The notes below the pieces were generated by a model. The model was not told the DNA's origin. It saw only the letters and a list, made by a program, of their open reading frames with translations, and ran no database searches. From a virus: 33,591 nucleotides of DNA. Made by a program: the position numbers and the translations under genes. The stretch spans positions 1 to 33,591 of the IMG/VR virus record IMGVR_UViG_3300031111_000006. One strand, 5' to 3'. Positions 8,218 through 16,772 of this stretch are shown in pieces; the first letter of the stretch is position 1; each line of letters begins with the position of its first letter.

Positions 8218-8405
8218 TTAAATGATTCCAACCGAAAACACCCCGACCAGCAACAAAAGGAGGTCTCTATGGCCTAGATCAAACGCTCAGACTGAGCGGA
8301 GAGAAAATCGGTATAAACTAGCTCAAGCGACTAGCATTGTACCCATTTCAAGCGACAGGGGGGGCTTGTCCATGCCCCCCCACACCAAACCGGAGGCAAC
8401 TGATA
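8218..8405 (+). promoter_or_regulatory. 188-bp structured intergenic region: SD plus a two-codon minigene, a 15-bp palindrome, a 9-bp direct repeat and a G7C hairpin
   Basis: AAGGAGG at 8257-8263, then 5 nt, then ATG GCC TAG at 8269-8277. Palindrome CGCTCAGACTGAGCG at 8284-8298. TCAAGCGAC at 8323-8331 and 8348-8356. Hairpin GGGGGGGC-TTGTCCAT-GCCCCCCC at 8358-8381. Confidence 0.5.
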
Positions 8406-8660
8406 ATGGCAACCGCTAATTTTCAATTCGTCGAGACCAGCGATTTCGGGCTGATAATGGGGACCGTTGTAAAAGCCTGTCACTTTCTCGGGCAAACCGA
8501 GGACGGTAGTATGGAGCTAGAGCAACTTGCCAAGTGTATGAGTATGCCCCCGAATACCCTCCATGAAATCCTTTGCCGGGTTGGTGGAAGTAAAGACCCG
8601 AAAGACCAGGCTACTCGGCTGATCTATCACAAGGGACTCAAAAAGGCATGGAGAAAATAG
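8406..8660 (+). CDS. Hypothetical protein (84 aa)
   Basis: ATG 8406 follows SD GGAGG at 8392-8396. The tracked start at 8337 lies inside the structured intergenic region. Confidence 0.5.
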   Translation: MATANFQFVETSDFGLIMGTVVKACHFLGQTEDGSMELEQLAKCMSMPPNTLHEILCRVGGSKDPKDQATRLIYHKGLKKAWRK

Positions 8661-8851
8661 GCTTTGATCGAAAAGACAGAGTAAAAGTTTGCAATCGAAA
8701 CAATAAACGTTATGGAGATCCCGGGGTCGTAGAATATTGCGACTCAGGGGGCCGAGTATGGATAACGTTTTGGGATAAGAGGGTCCCGGAGCCCTTTTCT
8801 CCCAATGACCTGATTTTATCCAAAGATTTTATCCAGATTCCAAATAATTGA
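8648..8851 (+). CDS. Hypothetical protein (67 aa)
   Basis: ORF overlapping the upstream gene by 13 nt. No family recognised. Confidence 0.45.
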   Translation: MEKIGFDRKDRVKVCNRNNKRYGDPGVVEYCDSGGRVWITFWDKRVPEPFSPNDLILSKDFIQIPNN

Positions 8852-8859
8852 GGTTGCTC

Positions 8860-9153
8860 ATGGGGGGCAATCTTAAAAAGCTCTACTCTATCCGGGATCA
8901 ACTGGAGAGCCTGGTATCCTATGGACTGGCCAGGACCGGGGATATTGAGCACGTTGATATCTTGATCCAAAACGAGATCATCCTCACCAAGTTTAACGCA
9001 AAATATCAAAAGCGGCTTGAGTTTCTGGCCGCTAGAAATTTCAAATCACCGAGGACGATAGAGTCCATTCTAGCCAAGCGGCGAAAGATTCTCTCTCAGG
9101 AATTACCGAAAAATGTATCAGGTAAGCCAAACGAGACGCCGCCGATAACTTGA
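8860..9153 (+). CDS. Hypothetical protein (97 aa)
   Basis: ATG 8860 follows GAGGT at 8850-8854. The tracked TTG at 8848 is less likely. Confidence 0.45.
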   Translation: MGGNLKKLYSIRDQLESLVSYGLARTGDIEHVDILIQNEIILTKFNAKYQKRLEFLAARNFKSPRTIESILAKRRKILSQELPKNVSGKPNETPPIT

Positions 9154-9161
9154 GGTATGTC

Positions 9162-9734
9162 ATGGCCGCCAGAGGGAAATATAAGCCGGAAATTGTCGAG
9201 GATATTCTGTTTGCCATTGCTCAAACGGGTCGAGACGCTGACGGAATCGAGGCCGGGGGAATCTCACAACAGACCTTTTATAAATGGATACGAGAGAAAG
9301 CTGAGTTTTCTGAGGGGGTCGCACACGCAAAGAGGACTTGGCGTTATAAGCTCTTTCGAGACGATCCCGGAATTGTCAGAAAAGCCAGGGAGCGACTCAT
9401 TGAGGCTCTTGACCCGACTACGGAAAAATGGAGCTCAACCAAGAAGCTTGCCAAAACGATTATCGTTGAGAATCCAGATTACCCAAACGTACCCCTGGAG
9501 GAGCAAAAGCTCCTCGGGGTTGCAAAAAGAGAGATCCAGCTTATCCCGATTGAGACGACGGAGAAAACAGTTATCAGGCCCCCGGCATATTGGGCAATTC
9601 GTATGGTCCTCGGTCCTGACGGCCGTCCTATTGTGGGCAATAATCCCGAGCCCAATCAAGGAGACGATTTCGAGACCGTTGATTTTGAATTCCGGGTTGT
9701 CGAAAGCATGGACCAAGTCGGGGCCAATGGCTAA
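9162..9734 (+). CDS. terS: Terminase small subunit (HTH type)
   Basis: ATG 9162 follows GAGGT. The N-terminus (RGKYKPEIVEDILFAIAQTGRDADGIEAGGISQQTFYKWIREKAEF) is the typical TerS HTH pattern. It sits directly upstream of, and overlaps, terL. Confidence 0.7.
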   Translation: MAARGKYKPEIVEDILFAIAQTGRDADGIEAGGISQQTFYKWIREKAEFSEGVAHAKRTWRYKLFRDDPGIVRKARERLIEALDPTTEKWSSTKKLAKTIIVENPDYPNVPLEEQKLLGVAKREIQLIPIETTEKTVIRPPAYWAIRMVLGPDGRPIVGNNPEPNQGDDFETVDFEFRVVESMDQVGANG

Positions 9735-11022
9735 GTATATCGCTCCCATTCTCGACGTTCTCCCTCACCAACTGAGATTCGCCGAGCTTGGGATCTCCAC
9801 GCCCGACCGATTCGGGGCTTTACTATCCGGCTTTGGGGCCGGCAAGTCCGCCGCTATCCCCGTCCGAGTCCTTAACATTCTAAGACACCGGAACCGCCTC
9901 GGCCAATACGCCGACATAACAATAGCGGCTCCGACCTATTCGCTCCTCCAGGATATCAATATCCCCGACATGGAGGAGTTTTTCGAGCGGTACAAGGTGA
10001 AAAACGTCCCGATCAAGGGGAAACGCCAGATTCGGGTTACCTCCAAAAATCTACGGGGCTTGATTCGATTCAAATCACTACACCGCCCCGAGAGGATTGT
10101 CGGCTGGAATGGCTCCGATTTCATTGCGGACGAATTTGATATTCTCCGGTATCAGGACCAGGTCCAGGCATGGCGAAACCTCAACGCCCGAATCCGCAAA
10201 TTTGAGGGGGCTACCGGGACCATTGCCACGACCCCGGAGGGGTTTCGTTACACCTGGGAGCTATTCGAGAAGGGTATCGGCCCGGAAGGAAACAAGCGGA
10301 CGGTTGGGCCGCTCATTCGGGCCAGAACCCAGGATAACATTTTTCTCCCCCAAGATTATATCGATTCACAATTGGCCCTCTATGATTCGGAGCTCATTCG
10401 GCAATATATGGAGGGTTATTTCGTCAATATCAACGGCCGGGCCGCCTATTACGCTTTCAATCGAGACCCGTCCGCCGGCATCGTCATTCCCTACCGTCCC
10501 GTCAAGCCCTCCGCCCTATTTCTCTCAATCGATTTCAACGTGGACCCCCTGACCGCCACTTGCTGGTATCAGGACGGCCAACGATCTATTGCATTCCGGG
10601 AGTATTGGCTCCGGAACTCATACACGGAGCGGCTTATCGAGGTCGTCCGGGGAGATTTTCCCAATACTCAAGTTATCGCATATCCAGACATGACCGGAGT
10701 CAAACGCCAAACCTCCAGGGAGTCCGGCGGGGCCGCCCGGTCTGATCTCGCAATTCTCAGAAATGCCGGCTGGCAAATCAAAGGTAAAACAAATCCTTAC
10801 GTCCGGGACCGCCTGGCCGCCATGAACAACGCCTTTAATAAAGGGCTGATTCAGATCATGGAGAACTGCGAGCACCTGATTGAGGATTGCGAGAGGGTCG
10901 TCGTTGACGAATACGGGGAGCTCGACAAGTCGAACAAAATGCTAACCCATGCCTCGGATAATGCCGGCTATTTCGTTTCGGCCAACTATCCAATCCGTAA
11001 ACCCAGGAGTTACCAGAAATGA
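9727..11022 (+). CDS. terL: Terminase large subunit
   Basis: Starting from ATG 9727: Walker A SGFGAGKS, Walker B-like DFIADEFD, and a C-terminal nuclease-like region with conserved acidic residues. Position between terS and portal. The tracked start at 9157 is an overlapping-frame extension. Confidence 0.85.
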   Translation: MAKYIAPILDVLPHQLRFAELGISTPDRFGALLSGFGAGKSAAIPVRVLNILRHRNRLGQYADITIAAPTYSLLQDINIPDMEEFFERYKVKNVPIKGKRQIRVTSKNLRGLIRFKSLHRPERIVGWNGSDFIADEFDILRYQDQVQAWRNLNARIRKFEGATGTIATTPEGFRYTWELFEKGIGPEGNKRTVGPLIRARTQDNIFLPQDYIDSQLALYDSELIRQYMEGYFVNINGRAAYYAFNRDPSAGIVIPYRPVKPSALFLSIDFNVDPLTATCWYQDGQRSIAFREYWLRNSYTERLIEVVRGDFPNTQVIAYPDMTGVKRQTSRESGGAARSDLAILRNAGWQIKGKTNPYVRDRLAAMNNAFNKGLIQIMENCEHLIEDCERVVVDEYGELDKSNKMLTHASDNAGYFVSANYPIRKPRSYQK

Positions 11023-12413
11023 GCACTTATGCAGAGGTCGAAACCGTAAAAGCGTATTTAGCCGCCAAAGCACTCGCCGCCGCCGAGCGCATGAAAAACG
11101 CCCAAATCGGCCAGGACTTTTTAGACGGGGATCGTTATGCAATCAGAGAATATCTAAAAGAGGACCTCGAAAAGACATTCTCAGAGGACGACGTAAAGGC
11201 CATGCACCTCGTTTGGATCAATCTAATCCCGAAAATTGTTAAGCGGCTTTCAATGCTTTACAAAACCCCGCCAAAGCGGAGTATCGGAGATAAGAGCAAC
11301 GAAAGCCTGGACCAGGCTTTGAGGGTCACCGGCTACGACCGGGCTCTCCTGGAGGCTCACCGGGGGGCCAAATTCCACAACACCGTCCTCATGGGAGCCC
11401 TCCCTGACGGTCGCGGTTCCGTCCGCCATGTTATTCTCCGTCCAAATCTTACCTACGTTGAGCCAGACCCCGACGACTACACCCGGATAAAATGGCTTAA
11501 ATATCCAATGATGAGAGAGGTAAACGGGAAAGAAATCATTGTCTGGAGCTTTTGGAGTGATGAGGAGCATTTTTGGCGGAATGAGAACGGGGCCGAGATC
11601 CCGGTCCCCAACCAGAAGGACAACCGGAACCCTTACGGAATCAACCCCTTTGGTCCCGTCCGGATCTTAACTCAAAACGATTTTTGGGGTGATGGTATGA
11701 TGGACCTGGTCGATGCAAACCGGGCAATCAATTTCCTGATTACCTCCGCCCTGGTTGAAAATATTGTAATGTCGGCCTATGGAACGCCTTTCGGGGTAAA
11801 CCTGGATCTCGGGGATGAAATTAAATTCGGTCCCCGCCATGCAGTTACGATAGACGGCGTTACCGACGACATGAAGGATCCCAAGCTCGAATTCGTAACC
11901 TCCGAAACGTTTACCAGCGAAATCTCCGAGGTAATCGAATGGCTCCATAAGGTCCAGGGAACAGTAAAGGGTCTCCCGGCGTCGGCTTTTTCCCAGGTCG
12001 AGCAAACCCTTTCTGGCTACGCTAAACTAATCGATAACATGGAGCTCCTGGAGGACAGGGAGGAGGAAGTCCCGCTATTCCAGGATTTCGAGAGAAATTA
12101 TCTAACCCGGTTTGCAAAGGTCTGGAACGTAGCCGCCAAGGGACAAAAGTCAATCCCGGAGGATTATTCCGACCTATCTATCTCATTCGGAAAAATCAGA
12201 TTCCCCGAAAACATGCTCGACATTACCCGCCGCCGGCGTATGGAGGCCGAGACGGGAACCAAAAACGAAATTGATTGGATCATGGAAGATCACCCCGGAA
12301 TGACCAGGGAAAAGGCGATTGAATACTGGAAGCTCCGGGAAAAGGAGCGGCTTGACCTCAAGCTGGCCGTCCGAGGCAATGCTCCCGACTCCGACAATAT
12401 GCCGGAGGAGTAG
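11019..12413 (+). CDS. Portal protein
   Basis: 464 aa, immediately after terL with an ATGA overlap. Size and composition are typical of SPP1 gp6-type portals. Confidence 0.7.
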   Translation: MSTYAEVETVKAYLAAKALAAAERMKNAQIGQDFLDGDRYAIREYLKEDLEKTFSEDDVKAMHLVWINLIPKIVKRLSMLYKTPPKRSIGDKSNESLDQALRVTGYDRALLEAHRGAKFHNTVLMGALPDGRGSVRHVILRPNLTYVEPDPDDYTRIKWLKYPMMREVNGKEIIVWSFWSDEEHFWRNENGAEIPVPNQKDNRNPYGINPFGPVRILTQNDFWGDGMMDLVDANRAINFLITSALVENIVMSAYGTPFGVNLDLGDEIKFGPRHAVTIDGVTDDMKDPKLEFVTSETFTSEISEVIEWLHKVQGTVKGLPASAFSQVEQTLSGYAKLIDNMELLEDREEEVPLFQDFERNYLTRFAKVWNVAAKGQKSIPEDYSDLSISFGKIRFPENMLDITRRRRMEAETGTKNEIDWIMEDHPGMTREKAIEYWKLREKERLDLKLAVRGNAPDSDNMPEE

Positions 12414-12416
12414 ACC

Positions 12417-12629
12417 ATGAGACAATCGGCCGACGATCCCGCCTATCTCCCCGAGTGTCCACAATGCGGAGAAAATGACCCCGACAAGCTGAGGGTCAGG
12501 AGTACCGCCGCCGGGAAATGGTTTCGGGGTAAATGCGAGACTTGCGGTTTCCGTACAAACCTATACAGATCTCAGGCGGAGGTCGAAAAGACATGGCTTT
12601 CTCATTTCGAGGAGGCTGATAATGGCTAA
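12417..12629 (+). CDS. Small zinc-ribbon protein (70 aa)
   Basis: CPQCG ... CETCG four-Cys ribbon, with SD GGAGGAG upstream. Confidence 0.6.
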   Translation: MRQSADDPAYLPECPQCGENDPDKLRVRSTAAGKWFRGKCETCGFRTNLYRSQAEVEKTWLSHFEEADNG

Positions 12630-13752
12630 AGCGGTCCAGATATTTAGCAAGCTGACGGCCGCCCAGGTTGGCCGAGTGATCGAGACGGCAATAGAGCGGA
12701 ATTCGACATTGGCCGCCGCCGAATATGGTTTATCTCCCGAAACCGCAAGACGTTGGGTTAGACATTACAAAAATGGGCGGGTTTTGGAATGCCCGGACGG
12801 GTCCAGGGTTGAGCCGTTAAATAATGCCGAATCGTCAACCGCTAAAGACCCCGCTACAGAACCCGCCTCCTTTTCGATTCCGGAGCTCCCCGATGAGGAG
12901 CTATCGGCGGCCGATCTGAAAGCCCGGAAAATTCAAGACTACAAAAGACGCAAAGAGGCGTATTTGGCCCGAATGTGGAGGGAGATAAAGGTCAAGATCT
13001 CCGGCCCCTGGGGGCTGGCTTGTTTTGGCGACTTTCACCTGGACGATAACGGTTGTGATTGGGAGCAACTAGACCATGATCTCCGCCTGGTCGGGGGGAG
13101 GAATGACGTTGCCGGGGCTCACATGGGGGACGCTACAAACAACTGGATAGGCCGACTGTCCCGCCTATGGAAGGAACAGGAGACAACTCAAAGCCAGGCT
13201 ATTATCCTCCTGGAGGACGTAATCAAATCCTACGGTATCCATTGGGCCGTTTGGCTTTTGGGTAATCACGATATTTGGACCTCTGAAATGGGGTATATCC
13301 TGGATTATCAACTCCGGGGAAAGGTGAAACCCGAAAACTGGCAAGCAAAAGTGAAATTCGTCTTTCCTAATGGTCGGGAATCTATGGCCTGGTTCCGCCA
13401 CTCATTCCCCGGCTTTTCGCAGTACAATCCAAACCATGCACTCGGGAAAGCGGCAACCCGTTTCGGGCTGGTTGACCTGGTAATAGCTGGACATGAGCAC
13501 GACGCCAGCGAGGAGCGGAGGCACAACCGCTTTTTTAACCGGGTCCAACAACTTGTCAGGGTGAAGGGATACAAGGATATAGATCCCTATGCAGACGACC
13601 AACTCGGTTTTCCCCCGTTATTCGAGGGCCATGCCGCCCTGGTTGTCTTTGACCCCGATTCGACGAAAGCCCTCTCGTTTATCCGAGCCTTTGACGACCT
13701 GGAGGAGGGGCTTGATTACCTTACTTTCAAGAGGAAGGCCCGGGGGTATTAA
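12622..13752 (+). CDS. HTH domain fused to a calcineurin-like metallophosphoesterase
   Basis: N-terminal HTH (AAAEYGLSPETARRWVRHYKNG). Metallophosphoesterase motifs appear in order: GDFHLD (DxH), MGDATNNW (GDxxN), GNHD and GHEHD. Confidence 0.8.
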   Translation: MAKAVQIFSKLTAAQVGRVIETAIERNSTLAAAEYGLSPETARRWVRHYKNGRVLECPDGSRVEPLNNAESSTAKDPATEPASFSIPELPDEELSAADLKARKIQDYKRRKEAYLARMWREIKVKISGPWGLACFGDFHLDDNGCDWEQLDHDLRLVGGRNDVAGAHMGDATNNWIGRLSRLWKEQETTQSQAIILLEDVIKSYGIHWAVWLLGNHDIWTSEMGYILDYQLRGKVKPENWQAKVKFVFPNGRESMAWFRHSFPGFSQYNPNHALGKAATRFGLVDLVIAGHEHDASEERRHNRFFNRVQQLVRVKGYKDIDPYADDQLGFPPLFEGHAALVVFDPDSTKALSFIRAFDDLEEGLDYLTFKRKARGY

Positions 13753-14138
13753 TGGCCGCCCAAACCACCACCAAAACCACAAAGGCAGATTTCGAGCTAT
13801 TCAAGCGGGAAGTCCATAAGTGGATCAACCGTTTTTCTCTCGGGGACCATTTTCTCCATATCCGACACCGGAATTTGGATGGGGTTGTCGGGAATCTCTA
13901 TTATTCCTACAAGGACCGGAGGGCGACGATCACACTCTCAACCACCATTAACAGGACGGACAAGGTGGAGGTCTCGGAACTGGTCAAAAAGACGGCTTTC
14001 CATGAGGTTACGGAGCTCCTCCTGATTCGTCTCAACTGTTTGGCCGGTGATCGGACGTTTGACCCTACCGAGCTCGACGCCGAGACTCACTCAATCATTG
14101 CTCGGCTGGAAAACTACCTGAGACCGGAATCCGAATAA
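13752..14138 (+). CDS. Hypothetical protein (128 aa)
   Basis: TAATG overlap with the upstream gene. It contains AFHEVTELLL, which is HExxE and not a canonical HExxH. No family recognised. Confidence 0.55.
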   Translation: MAAQTTTKTTKADFELFKREVHKWINRFSLGDHFLHIRHRNLDGVVGNLYYSYKDRRATITLSTTINRTDKVEVSELVKKTAFHEVTELLLIRLNCLAGDRTFDPTELDAETHSIIARLENYLRPESE

Positions 14139-15101
14139 ATGGCTAATTCTATTTGGACATATCTCGGGGACGATTACCGGAAATCCATTAACGCCAAGAC
14201 CAAGGCGGAGGATAAAGCCCTAGCTGATTTCGAGGCCCGGGTTGGAGCTGTCCAAAAAATTCTAATGAACCGGGTAACCGCCCTGGCCGCCAAGCTCGAA
14301 ACGGACGCTCAGGGGAATATCGTTAAAAACGACGATAACCTTGCCCTTGCCGCCCGATCTTTGGCCACTCTCCGCCGGTCCCTGACAGCCTCCGGATACC
14401 ACGACGCCGTTGCCGACCTGGTTGCCGGTTACAAAGAGCAAATTCCGAAAATTATAGCCTCGGGAAAGGCGTTAAATATCCCGATGGAATTAGCCTCCTC
14501 GGATAAAGCGGAGCTCCGGACCCTTCAAACTGAATACCTCTCGGAATTCGAGCAAATCGGGGACAAGGCCGTCCGGGAGCTAAAGGACGCTATCTATCAG
14601 AACACCCTCGGGGGTCTCCCTCTCGACGGCCTCAATAAGCGGCTTGGTTTTCTGATCCATGGGAAAGACAAAAAGGGCGGGACGCTCAAACGCTACGCCA
14701 AAACCTACGCCCGGACCTCTCTCATGGGGTACGACCGACACGCCAACGCCATTCTTTCCGAGGCTACTGGCCTCCAGAATTACACCTATCTAGGCCCTCG
14801 GGATGATATAACCCGGCCGTTTTGCGAGAAGCATATCAACCGGGTTTATACCCTGGATGAGATCAAAAAGCTCGACAATGGCCAGGGGCTCCCCGTCCGG
14901 GAATACGGGGGCGGTTGGAATTGCCGCCATTTCTGGCAGGTCCTTCCTGACGACCTAGCCGAGGATATCCGGAAAGCGGGTAAGGATCTCACTCCGCCGA
15001 AGCCGAAAAAAACGGAGCCATCCAAAAAACCGTATGATGAGCGGGACCTCTTGGAGGATGAGGATAGAGAGGCTTACGAAAGAGGAGAGCTCACCTTTTG
15101 A
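14139..15101 (+). CDS. Head morphogenesis protein (SPP1 gp7 / Mu F-like minor capsid protein)
   Basis: The C-terminal block (TYLGPRDDITRPFCEKHINRVYTLDEIKKL ... GGGWNCRHFW) matches the Phage_Mu_F/gp7 signature (D..tR..C..l.g.v...w..PP.H.nCRc-like). It sits downstream of the portal. Confidence 0.7.
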   Translation: MANSIWTYLGDDYRKSINAKTKAEDKALADFEARVGAVQKILMNRVTALAAKLETDAQGNIVKNDDNLALAARSLATLRRSLTASGYHDAVADLVAGYKEQIPKIIASGKALNIPMELASSDKAELRTLQTEYLSEFEQIGDKAVRELKDAIYQNTLGGLPLDGLNKRLGFLIHGKDKKGGTLKRYAKTYARTSLMGYDRHANAILSEATGLQNYTYLGPRDDITRPFCEKHINRVYTLDEIKKLDNGQGLPVREYGGGWNCRHFWQVLPDDLAEDIRKAGKDLTPPKPKKTEPSKKPYDERDLLEDEDREAYERGELTF

Positions 15102-15688
15102 GCAATATCTCCGTTAAATGTCGAGTTACCAAGCTCCCAAAGCTCCGGGCTCATTACAAGCCCAACCCTCTTTTCCTCCCCCGGGAAGGGCAAAGGATGA
15201 GCTCCGAGATTCGTATCAGGACGCTCAGGGGTCGAGGGGCTTATGGCCCCAACGACGCCAACCGCCGGGAGAGAGTCCACAAGGGATATTCAGACAAACC
15301 CTCCCTGTTCTCAATTAAGGACGCCCCTTCCGCCGGCCGACTCCGGGCATACTATCGGCGTGAAAAGCTCAAGGGGCTTAAATCGGGGGGGCGTATTTCC
15401 AAAAGCCGCTCAAGAGCTCGTTATCTATGGCTAGAGGGGGGTTACAAGCAATACCGCCAGATCCAGGGCCGCCGAACCGACATTGTAGACCATACCATGA
15501 CCGGCGAAATGCTCAACTCCTTACGGGTACATGGAAACGCCCGGCGGGTTGTGATTACCGTCCCGGCCGGTCAACTGAGAAAAGCTTTCTATACCAACAA
15601 ACGGCGGTCCTGGTTCTATCTCACAACGGACCAGCAAAGAGGATACCGCCGGCGGGTAATCTCCCAGGTCCAGAACTGGCATAGATAG
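15098..15688 (+). CDS. Very basic hypothetical protein; possibly Mu G-like virion morphogenesis protein
   Basis: TTG 15098 overlaps the upstream stop (TTGA), with SD GAGGAG at 15082-15087. An internal ATG at 15197 is an alternative start. Arg/Lys-rich. The TGEMLNSLRV block and the position after the F-like gene recall Mu gpG. This is weak. Confidence 0.45.
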   Translation: MSNISVKCRVTKLPKLRAHYKPNPLFLPREGQRMSSEIRIRTLRGRGAYGPNDANRRERVHKGYSDKPSLFSIKDAPSAGRLRAYYRREKLKGLKSGGRISKSRSRARYLWLEGGYKQYRQIQGRRTDIVDHTMTGEMLNSLRVHGNARRVVITVPAGQLRKAFYTNKRRSWFYLTTDQQRGYRRRVISQVQNWHR

Positions 15689-15701
15689 CCGGTTTTATCC
15701 A

Positions 15702-15768
15702 AAACACCCAATATTCCCGGTAAAACACCCAATATTCCCGGTAAGACACCCAGTTAAACACCCAGTTT
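15702..15768 (+). repeat. Direct repeat family A: 21-bp AAACACCCAATATTCCCGGTA x2 in tandem, plus two degenerate ACACCCAGTT copies
   Basis: Exact copies at 15702-15722 and 15723-15743. The ACACCCA core occurs at 15704, 15725, 15746 and 15758. Confidence 0.95.
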
Positions 15769-15807
15769 ACCCGGTTGGCCCCCAAATCGTTTCACAATTG
15801 GCCTCAT

Positions 15808-15847
15808 TTGGTCCAGAAAACCCGGTGATTGGTCCAGAAAACCCGGT
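15808..15847 (+). repeat. Direct repeat family B: 19-bp TTGGTCCAGAAAACCCGGT x2 in a 21-bp register
   Basis: Exact copies at 15808-15826 and 15829-15847. Confidence 0.95.
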
Positions 15848-15859
15848 TGACTTGACAGG

Positions 15860-15922
15860 CTAGGGACGTCTTTAGGGACGAAAAAACCCGCATATCTGGA
15901 CCTAGGGACGTCTTTAGGGACG
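15860..15922 (+). repeat. Direct repeat family C: 21-bp CTAGGGACGTCTTTAGGGACG x2 in a 42-bp register (four AGGGACG cores)
   Basis: Exact copies at 15860-15880 and 15902-15922. AGGGACG occurs at 15862, 15874, 15904 and 15916. Confidence 0.95.
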
Positions 15923-16065
15923 TCTTTTCCTCTTGACCCTCCAGGCTCCCGACAATTGGGGGCTCTCGTATTACCGAAAATTCTATCAGGTAAAATCACC
16001 CCCCTACCGTTCCGCAAATTCGAGGCGTGAACTGGATCATATCCAACCCCACAAGGAGCCGGTGA

Positions 16066-16740
16066 ATGAAACTCACCAAGGACGAGATTACCCGCCTCGA
16101 AAAACTCAAGGGAATGAAGTCGGAAGAAATGACCGACGAGGAAAAAAAGGAGCTCAAATCGCTCCAGGAAAAAGCCGACGCTGACGACGACCCAAGCTAT
16201 AAGGGAGATCTCAGCCAGGAGGCTTTCGACAAGGAATATGCTCTTTCAAAGCGGCGTCAAAAACGAGCCGATGAGGCCGAGGCGAAAAACGCCGAACTCC
16301 AGGCAAAACTCGACAAGATCAACGAGGAGAAAATGAAAGCCGACGGCAAGCTCTCCGAGTTGGTTGAGACCCAAAAAGCGAAGATTGCCGACCAGGAGGC
16401 CGAGCTCTCTGAATACCGAGCCCGGGACGCCGACCGTTGGAAGAATATCGCCAAGAATTTATCCCCTAAGCTCAAAGAGTCATTTGGTGAGGGGGAGGAC
16501 CCGGCAACAATTCGGGCCAATATCCGCAAGTATGATGAATTCGTTTCTCTCGGTTTCATCGATTCCGAGGGCAACCCCGCCGGAGCCGGAGGCGGAGACG
16601 GACGCTCAGGGGGTTATGCAAACCTCAAATGGGCGGACCTCATGGCGGACCTGAGTCTGGCCAAGAAGGTAAAGGACGAAAACCCGAGCCTCTATGCCAA
16701 GCTCAAGGAGGAAGGCTTAAAGAAGCCTACCCGGATTTGA
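16066..16740 (+). CDS. Scaffolding protein
   Basis: 224 aa, highly charged E/K/A-rich coiled-coil sequence directly upstream of the major capsid gene. SD AAGGAG upstream. Confidence 0.6.
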   Translation: MKLTKDEITRLEKLKGMKSEEMTDEEKKELKSLQEKADADDDPSYKGDLSQEAFDKEYALSKRRQKRADEAEAKNAELQAKLDKINEEKMKADGKLSELVETQKAKIADQEAELSEYRARDADRWKNIAKNLSPKLKESFGEGEDPATIRANIRKYDEFVSLGFIDSEGNPAGAGGGDGRSGGYANLKWADLMADLSLAKKVKDENPSLYAKLKEEGLKKPTRI

Positions 16741-16772
16741 ATTTGAACACACTCAACAAGTAGGAGGCTGAA

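Noticed and set aside
8222-8419. A 65-aa ORF filling the 8218-8405 gap
   Set aside because: It has no SD and a non-protein-like composition. It runs through the palindrome, repeats and hairpin, and overlaps the better-supported start at 8406.
9157-9726. A 190-codon N-terminal extension of the terminase large subunit ORF (tracked as 9157-11022, 621 aa) that fully overlaps terS in another frame
   Set aside because: The extension is S/R/L-rich and reads like out-of-frame sequence. It overlaps a well-supported terS gene, and the TerL Walker A motif appears shortly after ATG 9727. I treat it as an accidentally open overlapping frame. A TerS-TerL recoding event cannot be strictly excluded without data.
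15847-15880. TTGACT/TTGACA hexamers (15847-15857) as a sigma70 late promoter
   Set aside because: No acceptable -10 hexamer lies 16-18 bp downstream (GGGACG/CTTTAG). The same is true for TTGACC at 15933. I make no promoter call from sequence alone.
15702-15922. The direct repeats here (and the 18-bp array at 3561-3755) as a CRISPR array
   Set aside because: Each repeat has only two copies, with no or very short spacers, and the families differ. The 3561 array has no spacers at all and is coding. No cas genes are present.
15754-16017. An 87-aa minus-strand ORF (and + strand 15933-16184) within the repeat-rich gap
   Set aside because: Its translation is dominated by the repeats (PGFLDQ twice, KDVP three times). 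It has no SD and is in the wrong orientation for the operon.
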